Source of the DNA: Pirellulales bacterium
GTDB taxonomy: Bacteria; Planctomycetota; Planctomycetia; Pirellulales; PALSA-1355
Direction: 5' to 3'
Length of the DNA stretch: 25,766 nucleotides
Assembly (NCBI GenBank): GCA_035503215.1
Contig: DATJTR010000117.1
Location: forward strand, 1-25,766
Positions 1-7,751 of the stretch are shown here, piece after piece. Every line of letters starts with the position of its first letter. Within the stretch, counting starts at the first letter, position 1. Made by a program: the position numbers and the translations under genes. Below the pieces are notes generated by a model. The model was not told where the DNA came from, did not search any database, and saw only the letters and a program-made list of their open reading frames with translations.

Positions 1-482
1 TCCAAACGCCATTTTTCCGCTTTTTCCAAGCGGCACAGTTCGTCGAGTTGCCGCCGGGCTTCGAGTGGCCGGCGAGTGTGCCGCAGCAGGCTGGCTAGCA
101 TCAACCGGGCGTCAACGTCGCGGCTGTCTTCGGCCAGCAACTCGCCGAGCAGCGTCTCGGCTTCGAACCATGCGCCTTTTAAGTATTCCCCCAAAGCACC
201 GCGAAACAAGTCGTCGCGCGCCTGGCGTGCGGCGGCCGAATCACGCAATCCGCCCGACCAGGCCACAAACAGGCCACTTCCGGCCCAAATTACGGCGAGC
301 GCCACCCAGGCCACCAGTCGCACGGCCGAGGTGATTAGCTCGACCCACACGAGACTCGCGAGCAAGAGGCCATTGAGCAGGACGCCGAAACCGAGCGCCA
401 AGGCCAGCCCCGACCACGCTCCCTCAAACCAAAGTTGAGGCAGCCCAGGCCAAAGATACGCCGCATAGCGCAACACTCGCAT
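1..482 (-). CDS. Membrane-anchored protein with C-terminal TPR-like helical region (partial, runs off the left edge; missed by the ORF track)
   Basis: Manual translation from ATG at 482 gives MRVLRYAAYLWPGLPQLWFEGAWSGLALALGFGVLLNGLLLASLVWVELITSAVRLVAWVALAVIWAGSGLFVAW...DDLFRGALGEYLKGAWFEAETLLGELLAEDSRDVDARLMLASLLRHTRRPLEARRQL. It has two to three hydrophobic segments, then a TPR-like pattern. Purine-rich GAGGGAG upstream. No stop before the window edge. Confidence 0.8.
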   Translation of the reverse strand, partial: MRVLRYAAYLWPGLPQLWFEGAWSGLALALGFGVLLNGLLLASLVWVELITSAVRLVAWVALAVIWAGSGLFVAWSGGLRDSAAARQARDDLFRGALGEYLKGAWFEAETLLGELLAEDSRDVDARLMLASLLRHTRRPLEARRQLDELCRLEKAEKWRL

Positions 483-608
483 CCGCTTCCCGCTCCCTCG
501 CTCTTCGCCAGGGCCATGGGCTCGATCCTCGTGGCCCTTGCCGCCCCGACCGACCGACAATCCGGGGGCGGGCTTGGACGCCACGGAATTCTAGCCCTTT
601 AACGCCCG

Positions 609-629
609 ATATTCAAGGCAACTGAATAT
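609..629. promoter_or_regulatory. Perfect 7-7-7 inverted repeat ATATTCA-N7-TGAATAT, candidate operator
   Basis: AT-rich dyad in the divergent intergenic region 483-864 of a GC-rich genome. No cognate regulator is identifiable. Confidence 0.4.
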
Positions 630-864
630 GCTGCTTGGAGTTACGCATAAAACGATCGACCGATGACGGTTCCCACGGCCAGAACGACCGCTGTTAAGTG
701 GTAAGGATTGTATCGGCTTTTCGGGCGGCTGGGGCACCGCGAATCCGCCAAATGACGGATTTCACCCCGAGGTGCCGATCTTCGCTCGTCTCGCCCTTTA
801 CCCCGAGTCGGGCCGCTGGCACAGTGAAGGTTTCACATTGTTATCTGTAGCAAAGACGATCGCG

Positions 865-2490
865 ATGGCCCACGAGTTCACCCCCGCCGCCGAGCGAGCC
901 TTGGTCTATGCCGGCGGCTGGCGAATGGCCGACGGACCGAACGACTCAGGTGCCCAGGAGTTGGGGCCAGTTGCTCTGCTCTTGGGGCTGCTGGCCGAGC
1001 CGGAATGCCGGGCGGCGGTGCTGGCGGCCGCCCGCGGCGTCGACAAGCCCGGGGTGCTGGCGCGGTGGCCGGCAGTGGAAGCGGTTGCACCGTCTCCGAC
1101 GTCGCGCGTCGAGCGGTTGAGCGCTCAACTTCACGAAGTGCTGGCGATCGCCGAGGAGCATTTGGCCGAGTACCCGCAGCCGCACGTGCTGGCGACCGAG
1201 CATCTCTTGCTCGGTCTGGCCGCGGGACACAACGAAGTGGCCGAGTGGCTGACGAGCCGCGGTTGGGACACGGCGAACCTGGCCGCCGAAATCGATCGGC
1301 TGGCCGGCCATGACCGCGGTCCCCTCCCCTTCGAATTCGATACGCCCGAGGTCGCCGCGGCAGGCGGTTCACAGACGAGCGGAAGTGCAAGCGGGGACCA
1401 AATCGTCAGCAAACCTGGCGACGATCCAGACAACGCGGATCAACTGTCCCTTGATCCCGAAGAGATCGGCCGCCTGCGAATCGTCGATGCCGCCAGTAAC
1501 CGAGCCGGCGAGGCGATGCGAGTCCTGGAAGATTATGCACGGTTCGTACTCGACGACCGCCACCTGGCCGGCGAGTGCAAGGCGCTGCGGCATGCTCTGG
1601 CGGCGGCCTTGGCGATCTTCCCGACGGCCCAGCGACATGCGGCGCGCGAAACGCGGGCCGACGTGGGGACCACGCTCACTGTGGCGAGCGAACAATCGCG
1701 GGCTGACCTGCGCGCCGTCGTTACGGCCAATTTCAAACGGCTGGAACAGGCGCTGCGCAGCCTCGAAGAATATGCCAAGAGCGCGTCGGCATCCACCGCC
1801 GCGGCACTCGAACCGTTGCGTTATCGGACCTATACGCTCGAACGGGCGATCGGCATCACCGCCGACAGCCTCGATCGCCTGGCGATGGCGCGTTTATACG
1901 TGCTCATCGACGGTCGCGAGTCCGCCGCCGCGTTGGCCGATTGGATCGACCTGCTCGTCGCCGCCGGCGCCGACGTGATCCAGCTGCGCGACAAACGGCT
2001 CTCCGATCGCGAACTGCTTGCGCGAGCGCACGTCGTGCGGCAGAAGACCGTGGGAACGCCAGCGCTGTTCATCGTGAACGATCGGCCCGACATTGCGCGG
2101 TTGGCCCGGGCCGATGGCGTGCACGTCGGCCAGGACGAACTGGGCGTGAAGGAAGCCCGCACGATCGTGGGACCCGACGCGCTGGTCGGCGTTTCGACTC
2201 ACAGCCTAGAGCAAGCCCGGGCGGCGGTGCTCGACGGGGCCAACTACATCGGCGTGGGGCCAGTCTTTCCGTCCGGGACGAAAGAGTTCGCCGAGTTTCC
2301 GGGTTTGGAATTGCTGCGGGCCGTGAGGGGCGAGATCCGATTGCCGGCCTTCGCCATCGGCGGAATCGACGCGGGCAATCTGGCCGCCGTGCGGGCGTGC
2401 GGGTTCGAGCGCGTCGCCGTGAGCGGGGCCGTGACCGCCAGTGCGCAGCCGGCCGATGCGGTGCGCGAACTGAAGCGGCTGCTGGCCTGA
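865..2490 (+). CDS. thiE: Thiamine-phosphate synthase with N-terminal Clp-N (Clp repeat) domain and ThiD2-like domain
   Basis: C-terminal TMP-TENI motifs (LYVLID, IQLRDK, IVNDRPDIA, DGVHVGQDE, GVSTHS, YIGVGPVFPSGTK, FAIGGI). Middle RIVDAASNRAGEAMRVLEDYARF...ANFKRLEQALRSLEEYAK resembles the cyanobacterial/planctomycete ThiE N-extension. N-terminal FTPAAERAL...LLLGLL...LATEHLLLGL is Clp-repeat-like. Start placed at ATG 865 (the ORF track uses GTG 772). Confidence 0.9.
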   Translation: MAHEFTPAAERALVYAGGWRMADGPNDSGAQELGPVALLLGLLAEPECRAAVLAAARGVDKPGVLARWPAVEAVAPSPTSRVERLSAQLHEVLAIAEEHLAEYPQPHVLATEHLLLGLAAGHNEVAEWLTSRGWDTANLAAEIDRLAGHDRGPLPFEFDTPEVAAAGGSQTSGSASGDQIVSKPGDDPDNADQLSLDPEEIGRLRIVDAASNRAGEAMRVLEDYARFVLDDRHLAGECKALRHALAAALAIFPTAQRHAARETRADVGTTLTVASEQSRADLRAVVTANFKRLEQALRSLEEYAKSASASTAAALEPLRYRTYTLERAIGITADSLDRLAMARLYVLIDGRESAAALADWIDLLVAAGADVIQLRDKRLSDRELLARAHVVRQKTVGTPALFIVNDRPDIARLARADGVHVGQDELGVKEARTIVGPDALVGVSTHSLEQARAAVLDGANYIGVGPVFPSGTKEFAEFPGLELLRAVRGEIRLPAFAIGGIDAGNLAAVRACGFERVAVSGAVTASAQPADAVRELKRLLA

Positions 2491-2496
2491 GCGTCG

Positions 2497-3135
2497 CTAC
2501 TTCTTCAACAGGTCGTCGACCAGTCGCTTCAACTGCTCGCCGACCCCTTCTTCGTAGCCGATCCACACGCCGCGGATGATTCCTTTTTGATCGAGGACGA
2601 TCGTCGTGGGAAAGCCGAAATAGGGTTCGTCGAGCACCATCGCCACCGCGCGGCGTGTGTTCTCGGCCCGGTCGGCATAGGTCGGCACCAGTATTTGCCG
2701 AGCGGCGAGAAACTCGGTTGTCGCTTCCCGCAGCGGCCCCAGATCGGTGTCTTCGTTGTTGCACGAAACCAGCAGCAAGCGCGCGTCGGGCTGGTCGCGC
2801 AGCTCGACCGACAACGCGGCGAGCTCGGGGAGTTCCTCCCGGCACGGTCCGCACCAGGTGGCCCAAAAATTGACGATCGCCACCTTGCCGGCCAAATCCT
2901 TCAGCGAGACGTCTTGGCTGTCGCCGGTGAGGCCCTGCAGTTCGAGACCCGGCAACGCTCTGCCCACCGCCGGGTACTTCGTGCCCATCCCGTCGGCGCC
3001 GCGGTAGCGCGAAGTCATGAATTTCCCGCACACGATCGCCACGCCGGCGGCTATCAGAAGCACGAGCCAGAACGAGCCATTCCGCTTGGCGGGGGAAGGC
3101 GAGGCGTCGAACGAATCTTGATCGTACTGGCTCAT
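2497..3135 (-). CDS. TlpA/ResA-like membrane-anchored thiol-disulfide oxidoreductase
   Basis: IVNFWATWCGPCREELP active site, FPTTIVLDQKG cis-Pro loop, N-terminal TM helix FWLVLLIAAGVAIVCG. Start placed at MSQY (3135). Confidence 0.9.
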   Translation of the reverse strand: MSQYDQDSFDASPSPAKRNGSFWLVLLIAAGVAIVCGKFMTSRYRGADGMGTKYPAVGRALPGLELQGLTGDSQDVSLKDLAGKVAIVNFWATWCGPCREELPELAALSVELRDQPDARLLLVSCNNEDTDLGPLREATTEFLAARQILVPTYADRAENTRRAVAMVLDEPYFGFPTTIVLDQKGIIRGVWIGYEEGVGEQLKRLVDDLLKK

Positions 3136-3241
3136 GAATGAATCCTGGACGGTTGCCTGAACAATTCGGTTGCGATGCCGCAACGAGCATCGCGCCCGGG
3201 TTGCCGTGACGCGCTGTTGCCGCGGCTGGCTGGGCGCGGCA

Positions 3242-3270
3242 GTACATTATAGGCGGCGATGGGATACAAT
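3242..3270. promoter_or_regulatory. Overlapping divergent sigma70-like elements between the tlpA-like and CYTH genes
   Basis: Plus strand: GTACAT-N17-TACAAT (3242-3270). Minus strand: perfect TATAAT at 3246-3251 with no good -35. Confidence 0.35.
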
Positions 3271-3334
3271 TCCGGTCGTGGCCCGCGGGGCAGGATGGCC
3301 CTACGCGGTTGGCCGAGGCCCAGATGGACGGATC

Positions 3335-3886
3335 ATGCACTACGAAGTGGAACAAAAATTCCCGCTCGACACTCCGGCCGCCGTCGAGGCACGCTTGGCG
3401 GCGATCGGGGCACGGCCACAAGGCCAATGCCAGCAGGTCGACCTTTATTTCGCCCACCCAGCCCGCGACTTTGCCAAAACCGACGAGGCCCTGCGGATTC
3501 GCCGGGTCGACGGCCAGACGCGGATCACTTACAAGGGACCGAAGATCGATCGCGAGACCAAGACCCGGCAAGAGATCGAGCTGCCCCTTCCCGCTGGCGC
3601 GACGACGGCCGACGATTTCGCCGGCTTGCTCGAGGCGCTCGGATTTTCGCCGGTGGCCGAAGTGCGGAAGGTGCGGCGGACGTTCGCGCTCGAGTGGCTA
3701 GGGCACGAAGTCGAGGCGGCGCTCGACGACGTGGCGGGCTTGGGACACTTCGTCGAGCTCGAGCTGTCGGCCGACGACGAAACGCTGAGCGCTGCTCGCA
3801 CGGCGCTTTCCAGTTTGGCTGCCCGCTTGGAATTGGGGACAAGCGAGCGCCGCAGCTATCTAGAATTGCTGCTCGAGCGGCGCTGA
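3335..3886 (+). CDS. cyaB: CYTH-domain protein (class IV adenylate cyclase / triphosphate tunnel metalloenzyme)
   Basis: N-terminal ExExK (YEVEQKF), QVDLYF, DEALRIR, ITYKGPK, EVRKVRR, DDVAGLGHFVELE, C-terminal RRSYLELL. Start placed at ATG 3335. Confidence 0.88.
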   Translation: MHYEVEQKFPLDTPAAVEARLAAIGARPQGQCQQVDLYFAHPARDFAKTDEALRIRRVDGQTRITYKGPKIDRETKTRQEIELPLPAGATTADDFAGLLEALGFSPVAEVRKVRRTFALEWLGHEVEAALDDVAGLGHFVELELSADDETLSAARTALSSLAARLELGTSERRSYLELLLERR

Positions 3887-3893
3887 GAGGCGG

Positions 3894-6047
3894 TCAGGCC
3901 GCTTTTTGGGCCTGCCCGTCGGTCGGCTCTTCGTCGGCAATCGTCAACGACTCGTCGGCCGATCCGCGGTGGATGAGCGTGCGGGTGGGATAGGGGAATT
4001 CGATTCCCACCTCGTCGAATTTGTTCTTGATCCGCCGCAACATTTCGCGACGCACGATCCATTTCTTCAGCGGCCGGGTCTTGATGACGAAGCGGACGAC
4101 GACGGACGACTCGCCCAATTCCTCGACGCCGAGGATTTCGGGGTCCTCCAGAATCAATCCGACGAATTCCGGATCGCGGCGCATTTCGCGGGCCAGCTCG
4201 GCCAGTACGTGCATCACGTGATCGATGTTCTCGCCGTAGCCGACGCCGACATTGAACACTGCCCGCGACCAGCCTTGCGTGGAATTGCTCACGCGGTTGA
4301 TTTCGCCGTGCGGGATGAAATGGAGGCGTCCCTCCCAGTCGCGAAGTACGGTCATTCGCAGGGTGATGCGTTCGACCTGGCCGGACACGTCGTTGATTTG
4401 CACCACGTCGTTGACCATGTACTGCTGTTCGAGCAGGATCATGAAGCCGCTGAAGAAATCCTTGACCAGGGCTTGAGCACCGAAGGCCACGGCGAACCCG
4501 ATGATTGCCAGCCAGCTCAACAAGCGGCCGGTTTCCACGATGCCCGCCTCGTTGAGCAGCATGACGATGCCGCCGGCAAACACGAACACGCCGGCCGCAT
4601 TGTGGACGACGCCGATCAAAGTCCGCGAGCGGTTCTCGCGGTCTTCGGCGCTGTTGCGTTTGGCGCGCCGGGCCAAGAGGGTGATCAGGCGGGCTTCGAT
4701 GCGGCGGAACAGCCACAGCACGCTGGCCAGTGAAACGAGGATGCAGGCGATCCGCGAGCTGTGCTCCTGAAACCACTCTTCGACATTGGCCCAGGCCAAC
4801 GGATTGAGCAGGTCCTTCAGGTGATTCTCCGCCCCGCGGGCTTCGGCGCGGCGCTGTTCGGCTTCTTCCAGGGCGGCAATCTGTTCGGCATGGACGTTGG
4901 CCAGTTCCGAATGCAGATCGTCGAGCTGCCGGTTGTGCTGTGCGACTTCAGCTTGGGCTTCGCGCAGCCGGGCCTTCGCCTCGGTAATCTGTTGGCGGAG
5001 CTGCGCCAGTTCGGCCGGAGCGACACCGGCAACCAGTTTTTTGTGAAAGTCGGCCTCGATGCTGGCCAAGGTCGATTCGATGTTAGCCACGCGCCCCTGG
5101 GCCGTTTCGAGCAAGGTGCGTTCGAGCACGATGTAGCGGTCGAGGATTTCGGCCCGCTCGGTGGCCGATTGGGCCGCGACCTGGGCCTGTTGAGCGACGA
5201 CGCTTTTCTTTTTGGCCTCCTTTTCGGCGGCCGTGAGTTGATTGCTTTTGGCCTCCGAAGGCAAGACGGGAGCCAGCGAATTCAAGCTCGGCTCGGCCGC
5301 CATCGCCGGCACCGTCAGCGGCGTGAGCGTGGGAATCATCGAACCGACGATCGCGGTGACCACCTGACTATCGACGCTCGCTGCGGCCGCGGCATCGGCG
5401 GCCGCCGGCTTGGCCGGGGCAGCTTCGCGCGAGTTCGCTTCGGCCGCGACACCCGGCACGGCCGAGGGGATATCGGCGGCGGGGTCGGCCGGCTTGAGCA
5501 GGACATCGAGCGCCTGGCGGTCGCTGGCCATCTTGGCTTCGAGCGTGGCGATCGAGGTTTGCAAAGCCTTGCGCTGGCGGATGGCCAATTCGAAGCGTTG
5601 TTTGGCCAGGTCCCATTTGGCCGTGAGCTCGGACGGCTTGGCACGCACTGCATCGGCGTCCGGGGTCGAACCGGCCTTGCGCTCTCCGTCGGCTTGCCGC
5701 CGGGCGTCGAGCTGGCCGTCGAGTTGCTTGAAGTCGGCGTCGGCCTCTTGGTATTCCTTCTCCAGATTGGCCAGATCGGCTTTCAGTTCGCCGAGATGTT
5801 TCTGATCGGAATCGAGCGTCCGCTGCAGCCTGGTAATCCGCTGCGCATCGGAAAGGCGCGCGTCGGCCGCTTCGGGAAGCGTCCCGGCCGTGAGCAAAAT
5901 CGGAGCGGCTGGGGATGGGTTGTTGTCGCTGGCCGAGAGCCCTGTCCGGTCGGCATCGGCCGACGCAGCGCATGCCGGCAGTTCGGCGAGCGCAAAGAGG
6001 CAAGCCAAAGCGAAGAACATCCCGACGGCGACAAAACGATCCCGCAT
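3894..6047 (-). CDS. MscS-family mechanosensitive channel with signal peptide and long N-terminal coiled-coil region
   Basis: C-terminal IGFAVAFGAQALVKDFFSGFMILLEQQYMVNDVVQIN..GQVERITLRMTVLRD..G.LHFIPHG is the MscS/YbiO-like core. The N-terminus has a hydrophobic signal and about 400 aa of heptad-rich helical sequence. Start at MRDRF (6047) or MFFAL (6020). Confidence 0.88.
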   Translation of the reverse strand: MRDRFVAVGMFFALACLFALAELPACAASADADRTGLSASDNNPSPAAPILLTAGTLPEAADARLSDAQRITRLQRTLDSDQKHLGELKADLANLEKEYQEADADFKQLDGQLDARRQADGERKAGSTPDADAVRAKPSELTAKWDLAKQRFELAIRQRKALQTSIATLEAKMASDRQALDVLLKPADPAADIPSAVPGVAAEANSREAAPAKPAAADAAAAASVDSQVVTAIVGSMIPTLTPLTVPAMAAEPSLNSLAPVLPSEAKSNQLTAAEKEAKKKSVVAQQAQVAAQSATERAEILDRYIVLERTLLETAQGRVANIESTLASIEADFHKKLVAGVAPAELAQLRQQITEAKARLREAQAEVAQHNRQLDDLHSELANVHAEQIAALEEAEQRRAEARGAENHLKDLLNPLAWANVEEWFQEHSSRIACILVSLASVLWLFRRIEARLITLLARRAKRNSAEDRENRSRTLIGVVHNAAGVFVFAGGIVMLLNEAGIVETGRLLSWLAIIGFAVAFGAQALVKDFFSGFMILLEQQYMVNDVVQINDVSGQVERITLRMTVLRDWEGRLHFIPHGEINRVSNSTQGWSRAVFNVGVGYGENIDHVMHVLAELAREMRRDPEFVGLILEDPEILGVEELGESSVVVRFVIKTRPLKKWIVRREMLRRIKNKFDEVGIEFPYPTRTLIHRGSADESLTIADEEPTDGQAQKAA

Positions 6048-6388
6048 AGCGTTCGCCTTAGCCCAAAGCGAAGTGTTCGGCTGGCCTCGCCCCCCATCAA
6101 TTGGTGGGGTGAAACGACCGGGGAAGGGGGCGGGGAGTATAGCGAGGCGAAGCCCGGGGCTCAACGGCGAAAATCGCCGTCGCAGGGCCGGGCTGGCACC
6201 CTGCGGTCAACCGCGCGAGCGCACGTGAGTGAGAGTTCGGTTGGCGGCCGATCCGCTTGAATTCGTGGGCGGTGATTTGGTCCATCTTTTGCTGTTTCGT
6301 TGATCGGCCCGTGCGTGGGATCTAAAATCGAGTTAGGCCAGGCGGGCACGGTTACCCCATGAGGGACGCCAAAAGCGCCAATGCTTTC

Positions 6389-7735
6389 ATGTTCTGGTTC
6401 ACATCTCTTCGCCAGTCGCGACATCATCCACAAGCCCATCGCTCGAAGTTTTCCGAGCATCACCTGCACCTCGGACTCGAGTCACTTGAAGAACGCTATC
6501 TGCTGTCGGCGAACATAAACGCCGCCATGCAGAACAACTCGGATCAGGTGTCCCCCGCTGCGTCGCCCGTTCAAACTGGCAGCGCGGCTGCCATCCAGCA
6601 GGCGGCAGCGCCAGCGGCTGCTTCGACGACGACTGGAAGTTTGTCGGGCTATGTTTTCTTCGAGCCGGCGACCGGGGCGACGAGCTTCAATCCGACGAGT
6701 CCGGCCACCGGACAGGCACCCTTAGCGGGTGTGTCGGTGACGCTCACCGGGTCGGGCGGAACCGAAACCGTTGCGACCGACGCAAGCGGAGCTTATAGCT
6801 TCGACAACCTGGCACCCGGAACGTACTCGCTCAGCGTTGCCGTTCCCTCGGGAGATGCGGACGCCACTTCACTGCCGAACGGCAATGGAACGGCCGGTAC
6901 CGGCACGATCACCGGCATTACGATTGCCGCGGGTCAAAGCCAGACGAACGAAGACTTCCCGATGACCACTGCGTCCAAGCAACAGCTCGGCCAGATTTAT
7001 TTCACCGCCAGCTTGCTTGTGAGCGGTGCGCAAATACCGCTCGCTCCTTTCGAGCAAGTTGTTACGCCCGCTCCCATGCCGAATGTTCCGCAGCAGGTCT
7101 CCCCTCCCACTTCGATTCCCGGCTTCAGCGGCAGAACGGTGCAAGTGGCGGGCGCCACGTCGCTCCCACCTGGCGGCTCGGGAGGCGATCAGGTCATCGG
7201 CGGCGCGAATCCGTCGAGTCCGCTCTTCGAAGAGAACGTCCAAGACGAACTGTGGACGCAGTACGGCGAACAAATGAACAACTGGTTGAATCAGGCGCCG
7301 GAACAAAGCCTGATCCAAGGGTTGAACGACCTGGGCAACATGGATCTGCTCGTGCCCGGCAGCGGTGCGTCCGGCCAAAACCTGAATTCGACGCCGGGCT
7401 CCGGGGGCGATAACGGCAATACCGCTCCCACGAACATTTACGACAAGCTGTTCAATCTGAACGACCGGCAGAGCGATGGGGGGGTTGCGCCGGAGGACCT
7501 CGGTTTGTTGCCCGAGCAACAGGCCGCCACCGATCAAGACGCCGTCAGCGAGGTAGAGATGGAACTGGCGGCGATGGCACCGATCGGCATTCGCCGTCTG
7601 GCAGACCAGGAAGAATGGTCGACCGCAACGAACGTGTCGGCGGCCGCCGTGGCGATGTTGATGCTGGCGGTTCGCGATCGGGCCGAGAGCCAAGAGGCGC
7701 AGGCAGCCTATTTCGAGCGGCGTCGCAAACGTTAA
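6389..7735 (+). CDS. Planctomycete extracellular protein with SdrD-B-like domain and low-complexity C-terminus
   Basis: N-terminal LGLESLEERYLLS (Planctomycete extracellular motif). GSLSGYVF...LAGVSVTLTG...TDASGAYSFDNLAPGTYSL is SdrD-B/Cna-B-like. Start placed at ATG 6389. Confidence 0.8.
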   Translation: MFWFTSLRQSRHHPQAHRSKFSEHHLHLGLESLEERYLLSANINAAMQNNSDQVSPAASPVQTGSAAAIQQAAAPAAASTTTGSLSGYVFFEPATGATSFNPTSPATGQAPLAGVSVTLTGSGGTETVATDASGAYSFDNLAPGTYSLSVAVPSGDADATSLPNGNGTAGTGTITGITIAAGQSQTNEDFPMTTASKQQLGQIYFTASLLVSGAQIPLAPFEQVVTPAPMPNVPQQVSPPTSIPGFSGRTVQVAGATSLPPGGSGGDQVIGGANPSSPLFEENVQDELWTQYGEQMNNWLNQAPEQSLIQGLNDLGNMDLLVPGSGASGQNLNSTPGSGGDNGNTAPTNIYDKLFNLNDRQSDGGVAPEDLGLLPEQQAATDQDAVSEVEMELAAMAPIGIRRLADQEEWSTATNVSAAAVAMLMLAVRDRAESQEAQAAYFERRRKR

Positions 7736-7751
7736 CCGGATCGTCTGGCCC

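Noticed and set aside
483-864. TPP riboswitch upstream of thiE
   Set aside because: No CUGAGA or CCUGAA/GGAUAA-type core found on the plus strand.
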